Position numbers and translations under genes: made by a program. From Calditrichia bacterium (GTDB lineage: Bacteria; Calditrichota; Calditrichia; RBG-13-44-9; J075), in NCBI GenBank assembly GCA_028284905.1, contig JANQQU010000060.1, positions 147,226 through 211,225 on the forward strand: a stretch of DNA of 64,000 nucleotides. Direction: 5' to 3'. Of the stretch, positions 1-9,074 are shown piece by piece (positions within the stretch are counted from its first letter, which is position 1; each line of letters begins with the position of its first letter). Below the pieces are notes generated by a model. The model was not told the origin of the DNA and did no database searches. It saw only the letters and a list, made by a program, of their open reading frames with translations.

Positions 1-698
1 TTTTCATCCACATTGACTTCTGCTTCCATTCCGGAAAGATTCGAGATGATCATAATAACGTCTTCCTGGAACTGGGAGCCCAGTGCGATTTCGCCAACTT
101 CTTTGTTCAATTGGCTGATGGTTCCGGTCATTGGTGCGTAAATACGCGTTTTGGAAAGATTGTCACGGGTTTGCTTCAGGCTGGCATTTGCACGATCGAC
201 TTGTTCGAGGGAAGATTCATAGCGTGCTTTTTCTACCTGGAAAGAAGCGGCAAAGGCATCCAGCGTTGCCTGGGACTCCAGGCTTTTTTCAAAAAGCTCT
301 TTGGTGCGGATGTAATCTTTTTCCGCTTTCAGCATATTTTCGCGAGCCAGTTTTGCATCCGCCTGAGAGGCTCTCAATCCTGCTTCAGCACTTTCGACTG
401 CTGCTAGGTGATTCTCCCGGTCCAACTCCAGCAGGAACTGCCCTTTTTCTACCCAGTCCCCTTCTTTAACGCTAAGCTTCATTATCTTTGCGCTAACGTC
501 CGCAGAGATTTTCACCTGCGTTTTCGGCTGAATCCGGCCGGTAGCGTTAACCGTTTGCACCAGTTTTTGACGCTTTACAACATCAGTTTGCACCGGCACA
601 GAAGCCTGATCGCTGCCATTCATGCTGTTAATCGTAACAACTGCGAGGGAAGCAACAACTAAAATAATAGCGATTAAAAGTATCCGTTTCTTAGACAT
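1..698 (-). CDS. Efflux pump membrane-fusion (periplasmic adaptor) protein, HlyD/AcrA family. Partial: N-terminus in the window, C-terminus beyond the left edge.
   Basis: Minus-strand reading frame open from the ATG (rc 'cat' at 696-698) to the window edge. Translation 'MSKKRILLIAIILVV...' gives an N-terminal TM anchor followed by a biotinyl/lipoyl-like segment and coiled-coil typical of HlyD-family adaptors. The plus-strand ORFs at 111-662 are taken as antisense artefacts. Confidence 0.6.
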   Translation of the reverse strand, partial: MSKKRILLIAIILVVASLAVVTINSMNGSDQASVPVQTDVVKRQKLVQTVNATGRIQPKTQVKISADVSAKIMKLSVKEGDWVEKGQFLLELDRENHLAAVESAEAGLRASQADAKLARENMLKAEKDYIRTKELFEKSLESQATLDAFAASFQVEKARYESSLEQVDRANASLKQTRDNLSKTRIYAPMTGTISQLNKEVGEIALGSQFQEDVIMIISNLSGMEAEVNVDE

Positions 699-932
699 AA
701 CGACATCTCCAGTATCTTGACGCTAATTGATTGATAAATAATTTTTTCAAAGTGTGTTCTTAAAAAATACCATACCCCAAAGAATAGCATCTCAATCAGT
801 GACGGGGTTAGACAGGAAATGTTTCAGGAAAGTTTACAGGAAGTTAAATTCTTGGAGAACAAATACTTGGAAGGAAAAACAAATCAGGGAAAGCACTAAT
901 TTAAATAGAGCGTATAAATGAGAGGAATGTTG

Positions 933-982
933 CAAAAAAAATATTTTTTACGCCAGCCAGCTCACCTGCCGGCGTAAAAAGC
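933..982 (-). terminator. Putative intrinsic terminator downstream of the DUF35 / thiolase / HMGCS operon.
   Basis: Imperfect GC-rich hairpin ('ttacgccagccag...ctgccggcgtaa') followed, on the minus strand, by an A/T-rich run. Confidence 0.35.
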
Positions 983-1008
983 TCCTCAAATCAGACACTC
1001 AGATTTTC

Positions 1009-1404
1009 TTAATCGACTGGTGGACGGAATTTGTAGCCATAAAGAATCAAACCGCGTTCGCCCTCTTCGCTAATCTTACGAATCACTTTTTCTACCGGCA
1101 TACCAATCCGAACTTCATCCGGAGAGATATCGGTTAATTGTGTGGTAATTCGGGGACCTTCTTCCAGATCGACCAATGCGACGATATATGGCACAAACGC
1201 CTCGAACTGCCCTGGCGCCTGATAAACAGTGGAATAGCTATATAACTTACCTTTTCCGGAGAATGTAAAAGGTCGCAAGTCTCGGGATTTACACTCACTG
1301 CAAACCAGCACCGGCGGAAAATGCTTCTTGTCGCAACTTGTACAGGCATTGCCTTCCAATAGGTAGCGCTGGTTTCTTAAACGCCAGCTTCTTGGTATAT
1401 CCAT
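1009..1404 (-). CDS. DUF35-family Zn-ribbon / OB-fold protein, the scaffold subunit of the thiolase / HMG-CoA synthase complex.
   Basis: 131 aa with a C-x2-C...C-x2-C zinc ribbon ('CTSCDKKHFPPVLVCSECKS') and an OB-fold tail. It lies immediately downstream of the thiolase and HMGCS genes, as in archaeal operons. Confidence 0.8.
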   Translation of the reverse strand: MDIPRSWRLRNQRYLLEGNACTSCDKKHFPPVLVCSECKSRDLRPFTFSGKGKLYSYSTVYQAPGQFEAFVPYIVALVDLEEGPRITTQLTDISPDEVRIGMPVEKVIRKISEEGERGLILYGYKFRPPVD

Positions 1405-1459
1405 AATATCTCCATTAAACTCTTGTCAGCAGAAATTCTGCGAATTCTTTCTCGAATTT

Positions 1460-2620
1460 TTAATCGCGGCGTTTTAATATAGAAGTAATAACATTCGCGC
1501 CGCTGCCGCCAATATTTTGGGCCATCACACAGTTTGGCGCATCAATCTGCAAGGCATCCGGCGCATCGCCCCGTAATTGGGTGGCGGCTTCCACGATTTG
1601 GTACAGGCCGGTAGCACCGACGGGATGCCCGCGTCCTTTCAAGCCCCCCATTGTCGTCAATGGTAACTTGCCTTTTAAACCAATACTCTCATCGTTTGCC
1701 ATTCGCAGCGCCTGGCCCTTTTCTGCGAAGCCACAAGCCTCCAGGGACAAGGCCGTAATAATGCTAAACGCGTCATGCACTTCAAAAAGATCGATATCCT
1801 GATGGCGGACGCCGGCAGTACGGAATGCTTTTGCGGTACTCCGCTCTACCCCTTTTAACCACAGTGGATCTTCCCGATTGTCCAGGGCGATTGTATCAGT
1901 GCCAATTTCACAAGCGGCAACGGTAATTACCTGTCCGTCGTATTTGTCGGCGTCTTCCGCAGGCACCACCAATACAGCCGCAGCTCCGTCACCGATGGGG
2001 CTGGAATCCAACAAGTTAATCGGATCCGCAACGACTTTCGCAAGATTGTATTGCTCCTGATTTATTTGATTCTGGAACATCGCATTCGGGTTATGGGCTG
2101 CATTCCGATGGGCATTGATAACAAAGGGAGCAAAATCGTTTTTCTCCCAGCCATATTCGTGCATATAACGGCGCATTAATAAAGCATTGATGGCAACAAA
2201 GCTCAATCCGATTGCCATTTCATAATCACCATCAGAAGCAGTTGCCAGACCATGGGTTGTTGCCCGTCCGCTCATTTCGGTTAATTTTTCTACCCCGACT
2301 GCAACAGCGCTATCAATCATTCCCGAAGCAACACCAAGCACAGCCTGACGAAATGCAGCCGCGGCAGACCCACAAGCTGCTTCGATTTTTACCGCTTCTA
2401 TCCCACTGAGCCCAACGCATTCGGCGATCAAGGCTCCCAAATTTTCCTGGTTTGTTAATATACCACTGAGCATGTTTCCCACATACAACGCGTCGACATC
2501 TTCTGCGCCGGCATCATCCATTGCATTCAACACCGCTTTCGCCGCTAACTCACGAAGGCTGATGTCCCAATGTTCTTCTACCGGTGTTTGGCCTATGCCG
2601 ACAATGGCAACTTCTCTCAT
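1460..2620 (-). CDS. Thiolase-fold acetoacetyl-CoA thiolase (SCP-x / archaeal-type acetyl-CoA C-acetyltransferase).
   Basis: 386 aa, thiolase family ('MREVAIVGIGQTPV...', the active-site Cys region 'AACGSAAAAF', C-terminal 'NIGGSGANVIT'). Confidence 0.85.
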   Translation of the reverse strand: MREVAIVGIGQTPVEEHWDISLRELAAKAVLNAMDDAGAEDVDALYVGNMLSGILTNQENLGALIAECVGLSGIEAVKIEAACGSAAAAFRQAVLGVASGMIDSAVAVGVEKLTEMSGRATTHGLATASDGDYEMAIGLSFVAINALLMRRYMHEYGWEKNDFAPFVINAHRNAAHNPNAMFQNQINQEQYNLAKVVADPINLLDSSPIGDGAAAVLVVPAEDADKYDGQVITVAACEIGTDTIALDNREDPLWLKGVERSTAKAFRTAGVRHQDIDLFEVHDAFSIITALSLEACGFAEKGQALRMANDESIGLKGKLPLTTMGGLKGRGHPVGATGLYQIVEAATQLRGDAPDALQIDAPNCVMAQNIGGSGANVITSILKRRD

Positions 2621-2681
2621 TTAATTCTCCAATAAGTTCTAAACAAAAATATTCTGGGCATTCATCTGCCCGTTTCGTTCT

Positions 2682-3740
2682 CTAGTGATGACGAATTTTC
2701 TTCCGCCAACGCGCATAGGTTGCGTAATCCACTTCAACCGATCGCTCCACATAATCACTCGTTGAGGGTGCCCGGTCGCGAATCCCCTCGATTTTATCTG
2801 TGACGACAAAACTGAAGGCATCACTACCAGCCCCGGAGCCAAAGCTTGCTAACAACAGCCGATCCCCCGGCTTGGCAGCGTCTAGGACAGCCGTAAATCC
2901 CAGGGGTGATGCGCCGGCATAGGTATTTCCGATAACCGGCGCCAGCAAGCCAGTATGAATCTGGGCGGAAGTAAAGCCGAGTTGACTGGCAACTTTTTTC
3001 GGGAATTTTGTATTCGGTTGATGGAAAACCGCGGAGGCGAAATCTTTTGGCGTCAGCCCCAAATCCTCCATAAGGATAGATACGGAATTACTGATATGAT
3101 GAAAATACGCCGGTTCGCCGGTAAAACGATTGCCATGCTCAGGATATTTCTGATAAGACCGTCTAAAAAAGTCCGGTGTATCGGTGGTATAGCTAAAGGA
3201 GCCTTCCAGTATTGCAACAGCATCTTTCGCCGGACCAACAATAAACGCTGCACCACCGGCAGCAGCGGTATATTCCAGCGCATCTCCCGGGCGCCCCTGG
3301 GCAGTATCCATAGCGATCGCCAGCGCATACTGTGCCATGCCGCTTCCCGCGAAACCCAACGCTGCCTGCATCGCCTCCGTGCCTGCTTTACAGGCAAACT
3401 CAAAGTCTGCCGCGGTTGTGTGGGGAGCGATGCCCAATGCCTGGGCAACAATAGTACTGGAAGGTTTTACTGCATACGGGTGGGACTCCGACCCTGCCCA
3501 AACAGAGCGAATCAATGCAGGATCTACTTCGGCGCGCTTCAAGGCATTATGTGCCGCTTCTATAGACATTGTAATTGTGTCTTCATCCGGTCCGGGTAAG
3601 CTCTTTTGCTTCACCGGCAGTTTTGCATTATCCTGTCCTCCCCGCCAAAGACGGGCAATTTCGGTAGCTGGCAACCGATAACGGGGCACGTAGGCGCCAT
3701 AGCCGACAATTCCGACAGGCAAACTGGGTTTCATACTCAT
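2682..3740 (-). CDS. Archaeal-type hydroxymethylglutaryl-CoA synthase.
   Basis: N-terminal '[16 protein letters not shown]' and '[12 protein letters not shown]' motifs are characteristic of archaeal-type HMGCS. The ORF track extends to 3776 using a TTG; the more likely start is the internal 'MSMKPS' Met, preceded by a 'gaggtg' SD-like sequence. Confidence 0.8.
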   Translation of the reverse strand: MSMKPSLPVGIVGYGAYVPRYRLPATEIARLWRGGQDNAKLPVKQKSLPGPDEDTITMSIEAAHNALKRAEVDPALIRSVWAGSESHPYAVKPSSTIVAQALGIAPHTTAADFEFACKAGTEAMQAALGFAGSGMAQYALAIAMDTAQGRPGDALEYTAAAGGAAFIVGPAKDAVAILEGSFSYTTDTPDFFRRSYQKYPEHGNRFTGEPAYFHHISNSVSILMEDLGLTPKDFASAVFHQPNTKFPKKVASQLGFTSAQIHTGLLAPVIGNTYAGASPLGFTAVLDAAKPGDRLLLASFGSGAGSDAFSFVVTDKIEGIRDRAPSTSDYVERSVEVDYATYARWRKKIRHH

Positions 3741-3938
3741 TTTCAAGGTAGCACCTCTTTTCAATACATCTAACAACCAATCTCAAATCTTAACTACAAA
3801 CAGAAAGAATGTAAAGTCTTTTATTTACTCCGTAAGAAATTAGGCATTCCACAAAAAATCGTTTCGGGAAAGAGCAATCGTCTATTATATTGCGACCTTA
3901 TACTTTTTTTACAACACCTAAAATTCAGTAGGGTTGAT

Positions 3939-6278
3939 ATGAACAAACATTTATTATGGATTTTAATATTGGGGATTTTTATGAGCATGTCTTCTCATGC
4001 CGATCTAACTCATGCACAAGAACGTACCTTTCAGGTGATGACCAGCAAACTGCAGGCAAGCAACAAAGCAGAAGTGTTGGTTAATGGCACTTTTTCGGAA
4101 GATGCTTTCGGGAAGTTTACGCTCTCGCCTTCAATCAGCATCCACAAAATCGATTTTTTAAAGACAGACGTTGTTGGGCAAACCAGAATAATTGTTGAAA
4201 GCGAGCACCCTTTTCGCCTCGACACCCATTACTATTTAACCTTTCCAAATGGCGAAAAATATTTCCTGCAGCCGGATGGCATACTCGACGAGCTTTATTC
4301 CGACAAGCCCCTTGGCTACAACCGCGAGAACGGTCAATTAGTTTTTCGACTTTTTGCCCCAAGAGCGCTCTCAGTACGCCTGGTCGTTTTCGAAAAACAC
4401 GACGACTCCCATGGTAAAAGCTTTGGGATGAAGCGTGATGTAGATGGGGTTTGGGAATATTTCGCGGATGAAGATTGGACCGGCAAGTTCTATGGATATC
4501 GCGTCGCTGGTCCTACCGGCGAAGGAGAAATATTTGATTCCACCCTGGTACTGGCCGACCCGTACAGTCCTGCCGTCGTCAGCCAAAACCATTATACCCA
4601 TCCATCAAAATCCCTGATTTTACCTGATGATAATTTTGACTGGGAAAATACTGTCCCATTGAAGATTCCTCACCAGGATCTGACGATCTACGAAATGCAT
4701 GTGCGGGATTTGACCATGCATCCTTCTTCCGGCGTCGATGAAGATATTCGCGGTAGCTATCTTGGCCTGGTGCAAAAAGGGAAAAAAGGTGGTATCGATT
4801 ACATCAAAAAACTTGGTGTCAACACCGTGGAGTTGTTGCCAATTCATGACTTTGGCAATATTGAAATCCCCTTTCGCGATTCAGATGCGCCGGTATACAA
4901 TACCTGGAATCCTTACGCCCGGAATCACTGGGGATATATGACCAGCTATTTTTTCGCGCCGGAATCCTATTATGCTACCGGCGGGAATATGGTTCCCGGC
5001 GACTATAACGGGCATGATGGTCGACAGGTAAATGAATTTAAAACACTTGTCCGGGAATTCCACAAAGCTGGTATTGCGGTTGTCATCGATGTCGTTTACA
5101 ACCATGTATCTCAGTATGACTACAATCCTTTCAAATACATCGACAAATTTTATTATTTTCGTCTTAATGATGATTGCAGCTTCCGTAGCGCCAGTGGTTG
5201 TGGTAACGATTTCAAAACCGAACGGCCGATGGCCCGGCGCATGATACTCGAAAGCGTTAAACACTGGATGACAGAATACCAGGTGGATGGCTTTCGATTC
5301 GATTTAGCGGCGATGATTGACCGGGAAACCTGTGAGCAAATTTACCGTGAGGCACGGAAGATCAATCCAGAAGTTATTTTAATCGCAGAGCCCTGGGGCG
5401 GCGGTGGATATAATCCCGGGGAATTTTCGGACATCGGCTGGGCAGCCTGGAATGACCAGATTCGCAATGGTATCAAAGGCTGGAACCCACTTGAAGACCG
5501 GGGATTTGCTTTCGGGCAAATTAAGCGCGGTACAAACCGGCAGAATCTCGAGAATTATATGATGGGAACCCTCCGGGAGTACGGGGGCATTTTTAATGAT
5601 GTGCGCCACTCTGTTAACTATCTGGAGTCCCATGACGATCATACCCTGGGCGATTTTATTCGCCTGGCACTTGGCGAGGTAAACGAGCATACACGCATTA
5701 GCGATGTTGATGCGCATGCGAAGCTAACGAAAGCACAGCTCAAGCTTAATAAGCTTGCTGCCATGGCGCTTTTAACCAGCCAGGGGCCGGTAATGCTACA
5801 TTCCGGGCAAGAATTTGCGCGCAGTAAGATCATCCATAACACAGAGCTAGATTCCGCATGGGGTCACATCGACCACAATAGTTACGAGAAAGATGATGAA
5901 ACGAACTGGCTAAATTTTGAACATGCAGCTCTAAACGAAGATTTGTTCTCTTATCATCAGGGACTGCTCGATTTGCGTAAGAGATATCGGGCCTTTCGTT
6001 ATGCGACTCCCGGGGATTTCAAATTTTCGAAAACAACCGACACACTGCTCCTTGTTTATACCATCACACTGGAAAACGAGCGGATTATCGTAGCGTTAAA
6101 CGGCAATCCGCATACATCTCGTTCTGTAAAGTTGCCCAAAAGCGAAACTGCCTGGCAGCTACTTGCAGATGCTGACAAAGTCTACAACACAACGAGTGGC
6201 GATAACAAGACTTATAAAAGTCTTAGCAGTGTAAAACTTCCTTCTTCAAGCGGAATGATTTTAGTCGAAAAACGCTAG
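3939..6278 (+). CDS. Secreted GH13 pullulanase-type alpha-1,6-glucosidase (type I pullulanase-like).
   Basis: Signal peptide 'MNKHLLWILILGIFMSMSSHA'. GH13 regions 'GFRFDLAA', 'ILIAEPWGGG', 'YLESHDDHTL'. Pullulanase-type 'NHWGYM' motif. Confidence 0.8.
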   Translation: MNKHLLWILILGIFMSMSSHADLTHAQERTFQVMTSKLQASNKAEVLVNGTFSEDAFGKFTLSPSISIHKIDFLKTDVVGQTRIIVESEHPFRLDTHYYLTFPNGEKYFLQPDGILDELYSDKPLGYNRENGQLVFRLFAPRALSVRLVVFEKHDDSHGKSFGMKRDVDGVWEYFADEDWTGKFYGYRVAGPTGEGEIFDSTLVLADPYSPAVVSQNHYTHPSKSLILPDDNFDWENTVPLKIPHQDLTIYEMHVRDLTMHPSSGVDEDIRGSYLGLVQKGKKGGIDYIKKLGVNTVELLPIHDFGNIEIPFRDSDAPVYNTWNPYARNHWGYMTSYFFAPESYYATGGNMVPGDYNGHDGRQVNEFKTLVREFHKAGIAVVIDVVYNHVSQYDYNPFKYIDKFYYFRLNDDCSFRSASGCGNDFKTERPMARRMILESVKHWMTEYQVDGFRFDLAAMIDRETCEQIYREARKINPEVILIAEPWGGGGYNPGEFSDIGWAAWNDQIRNGIKGWNPLEDRGFAFGQIKRGTNRQNLENYMMGTLREYGGIFNDVRHSVNYLESHDDHTLGDFIRLALGEVNEHTRISDVDAHAKLTKAQLKLNKLAAMALLTSQGPVMLHSGQEFARSKIIHNTELDSAWGHIDHNSYEKDDETNWLNFEHAALNEDLFSYHQGLLDLRKRYRAFRYATPGDFKFSKTTDTLLLVYTITLENERIIVALNGNPHTSRSVKLPKSETAWQLLADADKVYNTTSGDNKTYKSLSSVKLPSSSGMILVEKR

Positions 6279-6296
6279 GGAACGGAACGAATTCGC

Positions 6297-6668
6297 ATGA
6301 TGCAATTTTGGGCGATTGGCCTGGGAGGTTTTGCCGGTGCAGTGCTGCGATTCTGGGTGTCCGGATGGGCGAATGCCCTGGTACATGGTAACTTCCCTTT
6401 TGGAACTTTCGTTGTCAATATATTAGGCTCTTTCTTGCTGGGTCTGTTAGCGGGTGTTTTTGATAACCATGTTTTTAATCCGCATTTGAAATTGTTTTTA
6501 ACTGTGGGATTACTTGGGGCATTTACAACTTTTTCCACATTTTCCAATGAAACATTGGCTTTGCTTCAATCCGGAGCAATCATGAAAACGCTGATGTATG
6601 TTGTTGCCAGTGTCATTCTGGGCGTCATTGCTGCCGCAACTGGTATCTTTACAGGCAAATCAATTTAA
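6297..6668 (+). CDS. crcB: Fluoride ion channel CrcB/FluC.
   Basis: 123 aa with 4 TM segments and the signature 'GAFTTFSTFS'. Confidence 0.85.
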   Translation: MMQFWAIGLGGFAGAVLRFWVSGWANALVHGNFPFGTFVVNILGSFLLGLLAGVFDNHVFNPHLKLFLTVGLLGAFTTFSTFSNETLALLQSGAIMKTLMYVVASVILGVIAAATGIFTGKSI

Positions 6669-6681
6669 GGAGTTTTTTCAG

Positions 6682-9072
6682 GTGCTTCATCGTCATATAA
6701 AAAGTATTGCACTTTTATCTCTGTTGATTGGAGGAATGCTATTTTCTCCAATAACAACAGCTGCACCTGTTACTGACTTGATTCCCTTGATAAAAATTGA
6801 TGCCGGGGGAACCGATACACTCGAGGTTGGTGACCTCTTTTATGCGGAAGACTATTCATCTTTCTTGGCCGGCAATCTCACTGATGTTCAAGTCAAATAT
6901 CTAAAAAGTTCACAGCAATTGATTCTGGAAGCTTCTCCTAATGCCAGTGGCCTCTATCTTATTCCTTTTGAGTTTCAGGGCATAAAATACGAAATCCCTC
7001 TAAAGGTAAAATTTCGGCAATGGCAAACCCTGCAGTATCGTCCGGCCAGTCAACCGGAAGTTTTGACCTTGATTGGCACTTTCAACGAATGGGATCGCAG
7101 CACCATGCCCTTAATTGATTCTGATAAAGATGGCACTTATTCCATTCGTTTTTTAATTGCACCGGGCAGATATGAATACAAATTTTTTCAGGACAGCCTG
7201 GAGTTTCACGACCCGCTAAATCCAAACAAAATCACCAATCCATACGGCGATTACAATTCTATACTGATTGTGGATCCACTTTCCAGTGAGCAAAAACATT
7301 TGCGCCTTCTTGCAGTCGGGGAAGATAAAGGCAGCTTCACTTTTCACTATGACAACGAAAACGGCAATTATTCCCTGATACCCGATGACATTATTGCCCT
7401 TGGCAATAACTTGTCGCTAACCGATGCCCACATAAACATTCTCGATGAATGCACTTTTCGCATCTCAACGCATGGGAAGGTTTTCGACGGAGAAACGGTG
7501 CTGCGGGTAGCGATTAATGAGAATGGCACCGCTACCAACTTTCATACCTTACACCTGCTTGATGGCAAACAAAGGGAAGATTTTGTCTGGTCTGATGCAA
7601 TTATATACTCTTTGATGATTGATCGCTTTGCCGATGGGGACAGCACAAACAATCGTAAAGTAATTGATGCCCCGATGCCGGATCTGGTAAATTATTATGG
7701 TGGCGATTTGCAGGGCGTTTTGGATAAAATGGATGAAGGGTACTTTGATTCCCTAGGGACCAACACGCTTTGGATATCGCCGGTCAATCAGAATCCGCAC
7801 CATTCAGAGGTTTCCAACGGCCGCACTTTTTCCGCCTATCATGGCTACTGGCCAAACCATCCCCGCCAGGTCGATGATCGTTTCGGTGATTTGGCAATGC
7901 TTCAGGGTCTGGTCCGGAAAGCGCATTCTGCAAACCATAAAGTTTTGATGGATTTTGTTGCCAATCATACGCATGAGTCCCATCCCTTTTATCAGGATCA
8001 TCCGGAATGGTTTAGCAATTTATATCTTCCCGATGGCAAGATGAATGTTGGCTTTTGGGATCAACATCGCCTGACGACCTGGTTTGACCCGTTTTTGCCA
8101 TCTTTCGACTACCAAAATTCCGATGCCGCAATTAATGCAATGACGGACAATGCGCTCTGGTGGCTTAAAACGTTGAACATTGATGGTTTTCGCCATGATG
8201 CCGTCAAGCACATTCCGAACAATTTCTGGCGAACATTAACCCGGAAAATACGCAAAAATCATGATGCGCCCAGAGATCGCAGGAGTTTTCAAATTGGCGA
8301 GACTTTCGGGGGCTATGAACTTATCGGTGATTACGTTAGCAATGGTCAACTAGACGGACAGTTTAATTTCAACCTGTTTTTTACGGCGCGTTATGTCTTT
8401 CTTGATTCGGCAGCCAGCTTTATCAGTTTGGATGATGAACTAAAGCGAACGCATGAAATTTATGGGGTCAATCACCTGATGGGCAATTTAATGGATAGCC
8501 ACGACCAAATCCGCTTCATGGCTTTTGCGGACCGGGACATACTGCTATCTACAGAGAATCCGAATGCATTAGCATGGACGAACCCGCCTCAGGTGGATCA
8601 TCCGGAGAGTTATCAGCGCGCCCGCTTGTATCTCTCATACTTGTTGACAATACCGGGTATTCCGGTTATTTATTATGGTGACGAAATTGGACTGACCGGC
8701 ACTGGTGACCCGGACAATCGCCGGCCAATGAAGTTTGGCAAAGCGCTAGACAAACATCAACGTGAGATGTTGGAAGCAGTCCGGGAGTTGATTCATTTAC
8801 GGAAGAGTCATTCCGCTTTACGCCGGGGAGATTTTGAGCCGTTATATGTGGACAACGACATCTATGCCTATCTACGGTCGGATGCTGAGGAGCGTATATT
8901 GACGGTTTTGAACAAAGCAAAAACTGCAAAAAAAATCGATCTGCAATTACCAGCCATATACTGCGTCAGCACTGCGAAATCATTAACTTCTGATTTTGTA
9001 ATCGATGTCAGTAAAAACAGTTTTGCCTTCACGATTCCAGCCCAAAGCGCTGCATTCTTTTCAATTAAATAG
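6682..9072 (+). CDS. Secreted GH13 alpha-amylase-family enzyme with N-terminal CBM48/E-set-like modules.
   Basis: The start is taken at the GTG 6682 after an 'aaggag' SD; this removes the overlap with crcB and yields the signal peptide 'LHRHIKSIALLSLLIGGMLFSPITTAAP'. GH13 motifs: 'DRFADGDSTNN', 'GFRHDAVKHI', 'FQIGETFGG', 'LMDSHDQIRF'. Confidence 0.8.
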   Translation: MLHRHIKSIALLSLLIGGMLFSPITTAAPVTDLIPLIKIDAGGTDTLEVGDLFYAEDYSSFLAGNLTDVQVKYLKSSQQLILEASPNASGLYLIPFEFQGIKYEIPLKVKFRQWQTLQYRPASQPEVLTLIGTFNEWDRSTMPLIDSDKDGTYSIRFLIAPGRYEYKFFQDSLEFHDPLNPNKITNPYGDYNSILIVDPLSSEQKHLRLLAVGEDKGSFTFHYDNENGNYSLIPDDIIALGNNLSLTDAHINILDECTFRISTHGKVFDGETVLRVAINENGTATNFHTLHLLDGKQREDFVWSDAIIYSLMIDRFADGDSTNNRKVIDAPMPDLVNYYGGDLQGVLDKMDEGYFDSLGTNTLWISPVNQNPHHSEVSNGRTFSAYHGYWPNHPRQVDDRFGDLAMLQGLVRKAHSANHKVLMDFVANHTHESHPFYQDHPEWFSNLYLPDGKMNVGFWDQHRLTTWFDPFLPSFDYQNSDAAINAMTDNALWWLKTLNIDGFRHDAVKHIPNNFWRTLTRKIRKNHDAPRDRRSFQIGETFGGYELIGDYVSNGQLDGQFNFNLFFTARYVFLDSAASFISLDDELKRTHEIYGVNHLMGNLMDSHDQIRFMAFADRDILLSTENPNALAWTNPPQVDHPESYQRARLYLSYLLTIPGIPVIYYGDEIGLTGTGDPDNRRPMKFGKALDKHQREMLEAVRELIHLRKSHSALRRGDFEPLYVDNDIYAYLRSDAEERILTVLNKAKTAKKIDLQLPAIYCVSTAKSLTSDFVIDVSKNSFAFTIPAQSAAFFSIK

Positions 9073-9074
9073 CA

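Noticed and set aside
111-662. Three overlapping plus-strand ORFs at the left edge (98, 112 and 84 aa).
   Set aside because: Their translations are low-complexity (Arg/Leu/Pro/Phe-rich). The opposite strand gives a clean HlyD-family adaptor protein with a TM anchor and coiled-coil, starting at the ATG at 698.
6180-6296. Possible fluoride riboswitch upstream of crcB.
   Set aside because: Only 18 nt separate crcB from the preceding gene. The 3' end of the pullulanase gene does not contain the conserved fluoride-riboswitch core ('GGCGATGG...CTAATGA.TCCTACC' pattern) by eye. This needs an Infernal run to be certain.
6598-6681. Upstream extension of the second GH13 ORF (ATG 6598), overlapping the last 70 nt of crcB.
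   Set aside because: The extension encodes no signal peptide. The GTG at 6682 has an 'aaggag' SD and yields a canonical signal peptide directly.
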